Positions 10,565 to 19,334 of a stretch of 64,000 nucleotides of DNA are shown one piece after another. The DNA lies in NCBI GenBank assembly GCA_963794325.1, contig CAWCDG010000006.1, positions 64,001 to 128,000 on the forward strand. The letters run 5' to 3'. This stretch comes from an uncultured delta proteobacterium. GTDB taxonomy: Bacteria > Desulfobacterota > Binatia > Binatales > Binataceae. The notes beneath the pieces are model-generated. The model saw only the letters and a list, made by a program, of their open reading frames with translations, was not told the origin of the DNA and ran no database searches. Position numbers and translations under genes: made by a program. Each line of letters opens with the position of its first letter. Positions within the stretch are counted from its first letter, which is position 1.

Positions 10565-11359
10565 TCAATGCGGGGGCTTCTTGGCGTTCTGCTTGTCCTG
10601 CTCTTCCTTGTAGACCTCGTCCATTTTTGGCTCGAGGGTCTCGTAGAATTCCTTGATATGGCCGATACTCGATCCGAGATCGCCGGGGAAGTAGCGCAGC
10701 AGCGAGGTCTGATCCGGGCGCGCCATGCCGGAGCGCGCGCATACTTCGATCTCGCCTGACGGATCGATCGAGATCCGGATGTCGTCCTCGAATTTGAAAA
10801 TCCGCGAGGTGTAGACGCATTCGAGGGTGTAGTTGCTCGGGCTGGATTTGACGATTCTCCATCCGCCGAGAGAATTGACGACGTCGGTGGAGAGTTGAAA
10901 CAGCTTCTCGCGCGAGATTCCCGGAAAGCTGCGGCGAATCAATTCAGGAAAGACGTCGTCGATCGGCGCGGGCTCCGCCTTCGACAGATCATTTCGCGTG
11001 TCTTGAATCCCGTCGGACGGTTCTTTCTTGACGCGCTTGTGCGGTGCGGCCGCGGCAGCAGTCGGCGGTGGCGCCGGCGGATTTTCCATCACGCAGGTCA
11101 CCGAGCCCGAGCCGGTCGCGCTGGCAGCGGCGGAGTTCTTGGTCAGGAACCGTTCGACCCGTTGCCCGAAGCCGGGCCGCTCGAAAATTGTTTCGTTGTT
11201 CAGGATCATCGTGATTCCCGCCGCGGCAATCCCCACCGCGATGAAAAAAACGGCGAGCCGGATGATCAGCCCGAGCAAGCGGCGCAGGATCGGAATGAAG
11301 ATGAATGCCGCGAGAACGACAACCGCAACGATGACTTCAACCGGCGTTAACCCCATCAT
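10565..11359 (-). CDS. Membrane protein with DUF1499-like C-terminal domain
   Basis: Two N-terminal TM helices; C-terminal SRIFKFEDDIRI...RSG...GDLG motif. Confidence 0.65.
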   Translation of the reverse strand: MMGLTPVEVIVAVVVLAAFIFIPILRRLLGLIIRLAVFFIAVGIAAAGITMILNNETIFERPGFGQRVERFLTKNSAAASATGSGSVTCVMENPPAPPPTAAAAAPHKRVKKEPSDGIQDTRNDLSKAEPAPIDDVFPELIRRSFPGISREKLFQLSTDVVNSLGGWRIVKSSPSNYTLECVYTSRIFKFEDDIRISIDPSGEIEVCARSGMARPDQTSLLRYFPGDLGSSIGHIKEFYETLEPKMDEVYKEEQDKQNAKKPPH

Positions 11360-11443
11360 AAATTCCCGAGGGGAATCGTTAGCTGTTTATATGGCGGTGG
11401 CGCAAGTGGGTCGCGGATCGATCTGCGCCGATGGAGCCCAAAG

Positions 11444-11525
11444 AACCTAACCCCTAACCCCTTCCCGAGCGGGAAGGGGGACCGGATTGTTGGGGGTAAC
11501 CTCTTCCCGAGCGGGAAGGGGAACC
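11444..11525 (+). repeat. Two tandem family A copies
   Basis: AACCTAACCCCTAACCCCTTCCCGAGCGGGAAGGGGGACCGG, then TAACCTCTTCCCGAGCGGGAAGGGGAACC. Confidence 0.85.
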
Positions 11526-11603
11526 AGTAAGAAAACCGGCGCGAACCTGATTCGGATCGCGCCGGTCATTCAGCAAGTTGTGAGATTTTTCGTTTTTCGT
11601 TGT

Positions 11604-13475
11604 TTACGCGGGGGCGCCGGCGAATCCCTCGGCGCCGTCGCCGCGGAGGATTGCGTCGAAGCGCTTGCCGCCGAGATAGAAGCGGCGCGCTTCGTCGTCG
11701 GTGACTGCGGCGCGGCGGACGTCGCGGCGGCGAATCGGCCAGATTCCGCCGACCATCGGATGCCGTCCCTGGCGATAGCTGAAGAAATAGTACGTGAACT
11801 GCCGGAGCACGCCCTTGCGCGCTTCCGCGTCGAGCCCTCGGCCGGCGCATACGGTGAACATCGTGTGCAGGAAGCGCGGGATCGAATAGAAGCCCGTGTA
11901 TGCGTCGCGATACGCGCCGAGCCAGCTCTCCTTGTCGAGCTTGTCATGCTTCAGCGTGACGTGCTGCGAGTCGAGCTGGTTGAAATCCCAATCGATGATG
12001 GCGCCTTCCTTGGTGAAGCGCACCTGGTCCTCGGTGCCCGGCAGCGGCGTCATGATGAAGAACGACACAATGTCGAAGCCGATTTTTTTCAGGGTCGCCG
12101 CGGCGACGCGTCCGCAATCGGGACCGTCGAACGGAAATCCCAGCATGTAGCCCGCATGCACCGAGACGCCGACCTTGTGCCAGTTCTCGACGACCCGCCG
12201 GTACTTGTCGATCACGTGCGCGCGCACCGCTTCGAGCTTGCCCTTGCCCTGGCGATCGTCGGTGTTCTGATACTTGGTCGCAAAGTTCAGGTTGTCGGGA
12301 TTGAGCGACTCGATCCCGACGAATGCCTGGTAGCATCCCGCGGCCGCGGCGAGCTCGGTGAAGCGCTTGCTCCGCCGATGCTTGGCGGTTTCGGTCTCGC
12401 CCTCGGCGACGTTCGCGTAGCATGACGCGTCGACGTCCACCTGCATCATGAAGGAGAGCTTCGGATACTCCTTCTTCACTTCGACCAGCCCGGTGAGAAT
12501 TTCTTCCCATCGCGGCGATCGGAAAAAGTCGTCATCAACCAGGAACAGCGACTCGATGCCGTGATGCCGGCATGCGTCGCGCACCCAGCTCACCACCGCG
12601 TCCGGCTCGCGCGAGCGCATCGTGCGGCCCATCACGTTCTTCACGCTGCAGTACGAGCATGTGAACGGGCATCCGCGCGAGGTGTCGAGCGTGGTCATGG
12701 TGTCGTTGAAAAATCGCGTGAGATAACGATCGTCGAGTACCGGCAGCAGCGACTCGGTGATCAGCGGAACGATAATGTCTTCCTGGCCGGTCTTGGCACG
12801 AATTCCCTGCGTGACCGTGTAGTGGAGGCGCAGCTCTCCACGTAGGAAGTCCTCGACGATATCGCCCCAAATATTTTCGGCCTCGCCGACCACGGTCGTG
12901 ACGCCGCATTCGTTCAGGAACTTGCACGAGTCGGGAAAGCCGCTGACGTGGAAGCCGCCCATCATCGTGGGGACGCCCTCGGCGACGAACTGAAGCGCGA
13001 GATCGCGTCCGCGCGGATACTGATTCGATTGCACGCCTGCCAGTCCAATCAGGAGCTCGACGCCGTCTTCGCGTGCCTTGTCTTTAATCGCCGTGATTGT
13101 CTCGGGGCTGACTATGCCGTCGCAGATCTCGTCCCAAATGACCGTCTCGAGCCGGACATTGCGCTCGACTGCGTAGCGCTTGTTGAAGGCCTCGTTCAGC
13201 GCCGTCATCACGGTCAAAGTGTTGTTTGGCTGGACGCCGTAGCGGAAATATTGGACAAAGCCGTCCTCGTCGTATCGGGAGGGCTTGATGAAATAGACGC
13301 GGATAGTACGACAAGGCTCGGGCTTCATCGCCGTGTCTGCGGTTGCCCCCTCGCGTGCAGTCAGCTGAAGCTTTGCGCCCGGACGGTCGCTGCCGTAGCG
13401 ATTAGTCCCCAACAACCAGTATAGGACGCTCGCCGCGAAGACGAGGAATGCGCCAAGAAATACAAGAAATACCAT
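11604..13475 (-). CDS. Radical SAM protein (B12-binding/BchE-like class) with N-terminal membrane anchor
   Basis: SRGCPFTCSYC, VVGEAE, FLVDDDF and TPLPGT motifs; the first 22 aa are hydrophobic. Confidence 0.88.
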   Translation of the reverse strand: MVFLVFLGAFLVFAASVLYWLLGTNRYGSDRPGAKLQLTAREGATADTAMKPEPCRTIRVYFIKPSRYDEDGFVQYFRYGVQPNNTLTVMTALNEAFNKRYAVERNVRLETVIWDEICDGIVSPETITAIKDKAREDGVELLIGLAGVQSNQYPRGRDLALQFVAEGVPTMMGGFHVSGFPDSCKFLNECGVTTVVGEAENIWGDIVEDFLRGELRLHYTVTQGIRAKTGQEDIIVPLITESLLPVLDDRYLTRFFNDTMTTLDTSRGCPFTCSYCSVKNVMGRTMRSREPDAVVSWVRDACRHHGIESLFLVDDDFFRSPRWEEILTGLVEVKKEYPKLSFMMQVDVDASCYANVAEGETETAKHRRSKRFTELAAAAGCYQAFVGIESLNPDNLNFATKYQNTDDRQGKGKLEAVRAHVIDKYRRVVENWHKVGVSVHAGYMLGFPFDGPDCGRVAAATLKKIGFDIVSFFIMTPLPGTEDQVRFTKEGAIIDWDFNQLDSQHVTLKHDKLDKESWLGAYRDAYTGFYSIPRFLHTMFTVCAGRGLDAEARKGVLRQFTYYFFSYRQGRHPMVGGIWPIRRRDVRRAAVTDDEARRFYLGGKRFDAILRGDGAEGFAGAPA

Positions 13476-13673
13476 AACTAGATCCTCTGCTTTTGGTTCC
13501 TAACCCCTGCAACCCAACCTGCCCATTATACCCGAACGTGGGGGGAAGTATCTAACCGCTCGGTCAGACACCAGTAAACAAATCCCAAACAGGAAAGTCA
13601 ACCCGTCATGATTGGACCACGCTTATAGCTCGAATGTCCAGAAATTAGTCGAGATAATCGGTACTGGGGGTAC

Positions 13674-13733
13674 CTAGCGGTACATTTCGACTAGATTGAT
13701 TAAGCCGAGGTCGCGGTAGCGCTCCTACCAGGT
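13674..13733 (-). repeat. Duplicate of the ptsP 3' end (att-like direct repeat of 14016-14074)
   Basis: Encodes ERYRDLGLINLVEMYR*, identical to the ptsP end but with synonymous changes; one indel at the junction. Confidence 0.9.
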
Positions 13734-13798
13734 TAGCTGACGATGCGATCATATTGGCTGTGATCGCCGATCCAGAACGGAGATGCGAAGTGCCTCAA
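13733..13798 (-). pseudogene. Internally deleted ParE/RelE-like toxin
   Basis: TTG start overlaps the antitoxin stop. Reads MRHFASPFWIGDHSQYDRIVS*, a toxin N-terminus (HFASP.FW) fused to its C-terminus (FWIG.H..YD). Confidence 0.75.
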
Positions 13799-13995
13799 AA
13801 CTCAGTGAATTTGCCCACCGCATGGGCGCGAAGGGCTTCATCGGCAAGTGAGTCGAGTTTCCCCTCTTTTGCGTCCCGCTCGATCTGGCGATCCCATGCA
13901 GCTGCATCAAACTCAGCGAACCACTGCCGAAACTTTGTAAGTTCCTCCGCGGAGAGACCGGAGACTTTCTTCTCGATGGCTTCGAGTTTACTCAT
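13795..13995 (-). CDS. Putative antitoxin (addiction-module type)
   Basis: 66 aa: IEKKVSGLS.EEL..FRQWF.EFD...WDRQIERD.K.GKLD.LA.EAL. Confidence 0.75.
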   Translation of the reverse strand: MSKLEAIEKKVSGLSAEELTKFRQWFAEFDAAAWDRQIERDAKEGKLDSLADEALRAHAVGKFTEF

Positions 13996-14015
13996 TGAAG
14001 AGACGATACCACCTT

Positions 14016-16391
14016 CTAGCGGTACATTTCGACGAGGTTGATCAGGCCGAGGTCGCGATAGCGCTCGACCAGGTACCCCTTGATTTCCTGTACGCTGGCC
14101 ATCTGGAGGGTCTCGCGTGCTATCAGGCGGGCGGTCTGGTAATCGACCTCGCGAATGACCTTGCGCACGACCGGGATGAACAGCGGGCTCAAGCTCAGCT
14201 CGTCGAGGCCCATACCGACCAACAGGAGCGTCGCGAGCGGGTCGCTGGCCATCTCACCGCAGAGGCAAACCTCCTTGTCGGCGGCGCGCGCGACGTTGAC
14301 GACCTCGGCGATCGCGGAAATCACCGCAGGATGGAGCGCCTCGTACAGGTGCGCGACCTTGGGATTGTTACGGTCGGCAGCAAGCAGGTACTGGATGAGA
14401 TCGTTGGTGCCGACCGAGAAGAAATCGACCTCGCGCGCGAGCCGCGGTGCGAGCCACACCGCCGACGGTACCTCGACCATGATTCCGACTTCGATGTTGG
14501 GGTTGTGCTCGAGGCCTTCCTTGAACAGCTCGGCCTGCGACTCGGCCAGCAATTCCTTGGCGCGGCGCAATTCCTCGAGGCTCGAGATCATCGGGAACAT
14601 GATGCGCACGTTGTGCTTGGCGGCGGCGCGAAGAATCGCGCGGAGCTGAACCTTGAACAGCCCCGACATTTCCAACGAAATACGGATCGAACGCCAGCCG
14701 AGGAATGGGTTGTCCTCGCGCGGGACTCGCATGTACGGCGGATACTTGTCGGCGCCGATATCGAGCGTGCGAATCGTGACCGGGCGCTTGCCGAGCGTCT
14801 CGAGCATCTTGCTGTAGAGCGCGAGCTGCTGCGTCTCGTCGGGGAAGTCCTCGTAGGTCAGGAACGAAAATTCCGATCGCAGCAGGCCGACGCCCTCGGC
14901 CCCGTAGCGTAGTGCGAGGTGGATATCGGCGAGCAGCGCGATGTTGGCGAGCATCATCACGCGATGGCCGTCGCGGGTCGCGGTGGGGGCGTTGCCCTCC
15001 TCGATGAGTTCCTTCTTGAAGGCCTCGTAACGGCGCGACAGGCTGACGTAGTCGCGCTCGATCTCCGTGCCTGGATTGACGTAAACGACACCGGCGTTGC
15101 CGTCGAGCACCAGCTGATCGCCCTCGACCACCGATTCCATCAGATGCTCGACGCCGACTACGGTCGGGATTTCGAATGCTCGCGCCAGGATCGCCGCATG
15201 CGAGGTGACGCCGCCGGATTGGAGCGCGATACCGGCGAGCCGGTCGTGACTGACCATCGTCAACTGCGACAGCGTGAGCTCCTCGGCCACGATAATCGTC
15301 GGCTTGCTGAAGGGCGCGCGCTTTTCCTCCTGCCGCAGATGACGCAGCACGCGATGACCGACGTCGCGGAAGTCGGTGGCGCGCTCGCGCAGGTAGTTGT
15401 CCGCGACCGCGAGCATCGAGGCGCTGAGTTCCTCGATCACGCGGAACAGCGCGCTCTCGGCAGTGTAGCCGTTGGCGATCGTGTCGCGGATGCGGCCGAC
15501 GAACTCCTCGTCCTCGAGAATCATGCGATGACCGTCGAAGATTTTCAGGTCCGACTCGGGCATCAGCGGTTCCATCCGGATGCGCAGCGTGGCCAGCTCG
15601 GACAGCGAACGCGAAAGGGCTTCCTCGAACCGCTTGCTCTCGACTTTGGGGTCGCGCGACTTCTGATGCCGATCGACACTGCTCAGAAATGTCCCGACGA
15701 CGTGCGCGTTGCCCTGTGCAAATCCGGGTGACGCTGACAGTCCTGCCAGCCGCGGGCGGCGAATCTTGGCCGGCGGAGCGTGACGCGTCTTGCCGCCGAC
15801 CTTCTCGTAATCCTTGAGCTGGCGGTTCGCCTCGATCATCCGGCGCTTGTACTCGAGCCGCTCTTTTTCCTTGGTGACGAGCGATTCGCGCAGCCTGAAA
15901 TGAGAAAGAATTTGCGCGACCTGATTGGCGGCGGTGCTCAGCAGACGGATTTCGCTCTTGTTGAACTTGCGCCGCTCGAGCGTCTGCGCGACCAGCACCC
16001 CGAGCGGCTTCTTGCGCCCGTCATGAACCGGCACGCCGAGAAAAGTATGATAGCGTTCCTCGCCGGTCTCCGGAAAATACTTGTAGCGCTGATGGCTGAT
16101 GGCGTCCGGCACGTAAACCGGTTCGTCTTTTTCCAGCACCAAGCCGACCAGGCCCTCGTTCAGGCGCATCGAAACCTTGCCGACCGATTCGCGATCGAGC
16201 CCGACGGTGGCGCGCAGCACGATTCGCTCGCGCTGCGGATCGAAGAGGTAGAGCGAACAGACCTCGGCCTCCATCCCGCCGGCAATCGCGAAGGCAACGC
16301 GGTCGAGCGTCTCGCGCAGGTCGTCAGAATGCTCGCCGCCAATAGACGAAAGATGCTCGATTAGAGCGAGGCGATCCTTGTTAGCACTCAT
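14016..16391 (-). CDS. ptsP: GAF-domain PEP-protein phosphotransferase (EI-Ntr)
   Basis: N-terminal GAF domain; GGVTSHAAILAR phospho-His motif; GVGLLRSE, DNPFLGWR, SVGTNDLIQY and CGEMA. Confidence 0.95.
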   Translation of the reverse strand: MSANKDRLALIEHLSSIGGEHSDDLRETLDRVAFAIAGGMEAEVCSLYLFDPQRERIVLRATVGLDRESVGKVSMRLNEGLVGLVLEKDEPVYVPDAISHQRYKYFPETGEERYHTFLGVPVHDGRKKPLGVLVAQTLERRKFNKSEIRLLSTAANQVAQILSHFRLRESLVTKEKERLEYKRRMIEANRQLKDYEKVGGKTRHAPPAKIRRPRLAGLSASPGFAQGNAHVVGTFLSSVDRHQKSRDPKVESKRFEEALSRSLSELATLRIRMEPLMPESDLKIFDGHRMILEDEEFVGRIRDTIANGYTAESALFRVIEELSASMLAVADNYLRERATDFRDVGHRVLRHLRQEEKRAPFSKPTIIVAEELTLSQLTMVSHDRLAGIALQSGGVTSHAAILARAFEIPTVVGVEHLMESVVEGDQLVLDGNAGVVYVNPGTEIERDYVSLSRRYEAFKKELIEEGNAPTATRDGHRVMMLANIALLADIHLALRYGAEGVGLLRSEFSFLTYEDFPDETQQLALYSKMLETLGKRPVTIRTLDIGADKYPPYMRVPREDNPFLGWRSIRISLEMSGLFKVQLRAILRAAAKHNVRIMFPMISSLEELRRAKELLAESQAELFKEGLEHNPNIEVGIMVEVPSAVWLAPRLAREVDFFSVGTNDLIQYLLAADRNNPKVAHLYEALHPAVISAIAEVVNVARAADKEVCLCGEMASDPLATLLLVGMGLDELSLSPLFIPVVRKVIREVDYQTARLIARETLQMASVQEIKGYLVERYRDLGLINLVEMYR

Positions 16392-16514
16392 TGATAAGGT
16401 CTCAGCAGCGGCGCAGAAATTTTATCGGATCGAGAGCGTCGCGGACAATGCCGCGGGTTGAATATCTCAGAGACTAACGAGTTGAGTTGCCGTTGGATGG
16501 TCCTTCGTGTGGTT

Positions 16515-16662
16515 CCCTCGCCCACGCGGGGAGAGGGTTAGGGTGAGGGACATCTGTGCGGCGCGAATGTCTGGTGCGCCGCGCATTTGGGAACTTCGGA
16601 AAATTCGGTCCCTCACCCGCCGCCCGAAGACGAGCGGCGACCTCTCCCCTCGTAGGGCGAGA
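16515..16662. repeat. Outward-facing pair of BoxC-like purine/pyrimidine palindromes
   Basis: CCCTCGCCCACGCGGGGAGAGGGTTAGGGTGAGGG ... CCCTCACCCG..GACCTCTCCCCTCGTAGGGCGAGA. Confidence 0.7.
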
Positions 16663-16803
16663 CAACGCAAAAGGATATCGCTTGATCCGCATCGCGAACG
16701 AGAAACCACGACGCTATGTATTTGCCGCGGGGCTCATTTCCTTTCAAAATTCAACGTGGGCGAAATGAAAGGAAACCGCTTTTATTTCGTGGGCTTCTGT
16801 GTG

Positions 16804-17544
16804 TCAATTGGCGGGCTGTGTCAGCTCGAATGGCACGAGCGCGCTCTTCAGCAGGCCACGGCCGGCGCGACATCGGCGCAATCGAATCGCATCGATCAGG
16901 CCGCGCTCATCCTTGATTGGGCCGTCGAGCAGCGTCGTCACGCATCCTACTGAGCCTGCGGAATGCGAGTCCGAACCAGCGACCTCGGCAATCCCGAGAT
17001 GCCGCGCGACCTTCAGCGCGAAGACGTTCTCATCCTCGCCGCATGCGCCGTTCAGCACTTCGATGGCGTCGACCAGTTCGAAGATTCTGAGCTTGGCCGC
17101 GCGATCGGGATACGTCGGATCGATCGGTTCCGAATCCGGGTTGATGAACGAAAAACGCGGGTCGAGCTTGTAGCGGAACGGATGATTTGCGATCAGGATT
17201 CCGCCTTCGAGATCGATCACGCGCCGCAGCTCGGCCAGCTTGTAGATTCCGCCGACGTACCGCTCCAGCCCGAACGCGCCGACGTGTCCCATGTCGGTCG
17301 TCACTTCCATCCCGCGCAGAAAGATCACGCCCGAGTCGCCGGCCATCGCGGCGATCTCACGCGAGTCCCACATATTGTCGTGCTCGGTGATGCAGACCGC
17401 GCCGATTCCGATCGCACGCGCGCGCTCGACGAGGTCCTTCGGCGCCAGGTTCGAATCCGAGCTGCCACGATTGGTATGGAGATGCAGGTCTACGCTGAAG
17501 TAGGGCCCCGCCAGCTGCGGGTGCCCGCTTCGTGAATCCGCCAT
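16804..17544 (-). CDS. PHP domain phosphoesterase
   Basis: DLHLHT, ITEHD, NHPFR, AIEVLNG and GSDSH motifs. Confidence 0.9.
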   Translation of the reverse strand: MADSRSGHPQLAGPYFSVDLHLHTNRGSSDSNLAPKDLVERARAIGIGAVCITEHDNMWDSREIAAMAGDSGVIFLRGMEVTTDMGHVGAFGLERYVGGIYKLAELRRVIDLEGGILIANHPFRYKLDPRFSFINPDSEPIDPTYPDRAAKLRIFELVDAIEVLNGACGEDENVFALKVARHLGIAEVAGSDSHSAGSVGCVTTLLDGPIKDERGLIDAIRLRRCRAGRGLLKSALVPFELTQPAN

Positions 17545-17560
17545 TTGCGACGCGCCGCGA

Positions 17561-18115
17561 CTACTTGGGCGGCTCCTTGGCCAGCGTGATTTTCTTCATG
17601 TGGTCGCCCTTCTGAATCTGATCGACCGCGTCCATCCCCTTAATCACACCACCGAAAACGGTGTACGCGCCGTCAAGACTCGGCTGCGGCTGGAGACAGA
17701 TGTAGAACTGGCTGCCACTCGACTCGCGTTTCGGATTCACTTCGTCACCCTGGCGCGCGGTCGCGACACTGCCGCGCAGATGCTTCTCCTTGATCTCGGC
17801 AGGGACGGTGTATCCGGGGCCGCCTGCGCCGGTGCCGTCAGGATCGCCGCCCTGGATCACGAAGTCCGGCACGACGCGATGCCACGTCAGGCCGTTGTAG
17901 AAGCCCTTGTTCACCAGCGTCTCGAAATTCGCCACCGTCTTGGGCGCGGATTCGGGGTACAGCTCGATGACGATAGTACCGCGTTCGGTCTCGATAATTG
18001 CGTAATGGCCTGTGTTTCTCACTGGAAGTCCATCCGTTGCGCCTTTGCAGGCCGAAGCGAGCACGAGCATCGCCACGACGGCAAGGCACGACATTTTAAG
18101 GGAGTTGAGTTTCAT
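17561..18115 (-). CDS. Cyclophilin-type peptidyl-prolyl isomerase (lipoprotein)
   Basis: FYNGLTWHRVVPDFVIQGGDP, SGSQFYI, LDGAYTVFG; lipobox ASAC. Confidence 0.93.
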   Translation of the reverse strand: MKLNSLKMSCLAVVAMLVLASACKGATDGLPVRNTGHYAIIETERGTIVIELYPESAPKTVANFETLVNKGFYNGLTWHRVVPDFVIQGGDPDGTGAGGPGYTVPAEIKEKHLRGSVATARQGDEVNPKRESSGSQFYICLQPQPSLDGAYTVFGGVIKGMDAVDQIQKGDHMKKITLAKEPPK

Positions 18116-18283
18116 TTTATTCCACTCGCATTCGCACGAACAGTCAAAGGTCCATGCAGGTTAGTCCGACAGTCCTGTATGGAAGTATTCGAGGCGTTGC
18201 CAATCCGCAAGTGATTTCGTGATCTCCTTGAAAGCCCTCTAAGGGGCGCTGCGCGGTCTCAAAAACCGGAACCGGCTTCGCGT

Positions 18284-18408
18284 GCGCGAAGCTGTCCGAG
18301 GCCCTTCCTCCCGTCGCTAACGCTCCCGTCGTCAGGGTGACACAAAGCGCGAAGTTGTCCGGAAATCTCCTTCCTGCCGCTCGCGTTGCTCGCTTCGTCA
18401 GGATGACA
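18284..18408 (-). repeat. Two tandem TGTCA(T/C)CCTGAC-type repeat units (family C)
   Basis: Minus strand TGTCATCCTGACGAAGCGAGC..GAAGG..GGACAACTTCGCGC, then TGTCACCCTGACGACGGGAGC..GAAGG..GGACAGCTTCGCGC. Confidence 0.7.
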
Positions 18409-19186
18409 CAATGAACTTCGCGACTGACGCCGCGAGCTTCGCGGGCTCCTCCAGCGGCATCATGTGCGCTCCCCCTTCGACGAGATGGATCTTGGCGCCG
18501 GGAATCCCTTTGCGGAATTCGTCGGCATAAACCGCCGGCAGGAGCTTGTCGTCCTTGCCCCACACGATCAGCGTCGGCGCTGCGATTCGATGCAGCCGTT
18601 TGCGCAATCCCTTGTCCGGTATCGGCCACATGAACTTGCCGGTGCATCCGAGCGCCCACGTGATTCGAATGAAACCCTGCTGATCCTCGGGGTTCAGCGT
18701 GATCCGTTTCAATGACGGATGATGCTGATCCTTGAACAACAGCGCCGGCAGATCGGTCTGCGGCGTCACGATGTAATTGCGAATCGGCGAGTCGTCGCGC
18801 CACAGCCCGAGCGGACTTATCAGCACCAGCTTGCCGACGCGCGTCGGATCGGTCGCCGCAATTTCACCCGCGATCATCCCGCCGAACGAATGCCCGACCA
18901 CCGCCGGCGACTTGAGCCCGAGCTTGTCGAACAAGTCGTAGTAGTAGAGGACGAGATCCCACATATCGTCGAGCGCCTTGTAGGAGTCCTCGTCGCCCGC
19001 CGTGATCCCGGGATGCTCGGGCGCATACACGGTGAAGCTCTTCGCCAGCTCGTCGAGCAGCTCAGTCTCGATCGGCCCATAACCGCCGTGCAGATAGACC
19101 ACCGGCGGCCCATTGCCAAGAATCCTGACCTTGGGATGAACCTTGTCGCCCCACACGCTAACCGTCTTATCTTTTGCAGTCGCCAT
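18398..19186 (-). CDS. Alpha/beta hydrolase
   Basis: YLHGG, GHSFGG nucleophile elbow, WGKDD and GAHM motifs. Confidence 0.9.
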   Translation of the reverse strand: MATAKDKTVSVWGDKVHPKVRILGNGPPVVYLHGGYGPIETELLDELAKSFTVYAPEHPGITAGDEDSYKALDDMWDLVLYYYDLFDKLGLKSPAVVGHSFGGMIAGEIAATDPTRVGKLVLISPLGLWRDDSPIRNYIVTPQTDLPALLFKDQHHPSLKRITLNPEDQQGFIRITWALGCTGKFMWPIPDKGLRKRLHRIAAPTLIVWGKDDKLLPAVYADEFRKGIPGAKIHLVEGGAHMMPLEEPAKLAASVAKFIVSS

Positions 19187-19211
19187 ATCAGTCCTCTGGT
19201 CGATCCGTACG

Positions 19212-19324
19212 ACCTAACCCCTAGCCCCTTCCCATAGTGGGAAGGGGAACCGGATTTGGGAGAGTCGAGCCACCGCCGTCCTCATTGGGTGCAGGGGTCA
19301 CCCCTGCCGCCCGCCGCGCAGGCG
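19212..19324 (+). repeat. Family A copy (19212-19253) plus family B copy (19286-19324)
   Basis: ACCTAACCCCTAGCCCCTTCCCATAGTGGGAAGGGGAACCGG and TGGGTGCAGGGGTCACCCCTGCCGCCCGCCGCGCAGGCG. Confidence 0.88.
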
Positions 19325-19334
19325 ATTATTCTCC

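Noticed and set aside
9485-11525. Clustered ~40-bp palindromic repeats as a possible CRISPR array
   Set aside because: Spacing is irregular, orientations are mixed, whole genes lie between copies and there are no cas genes.
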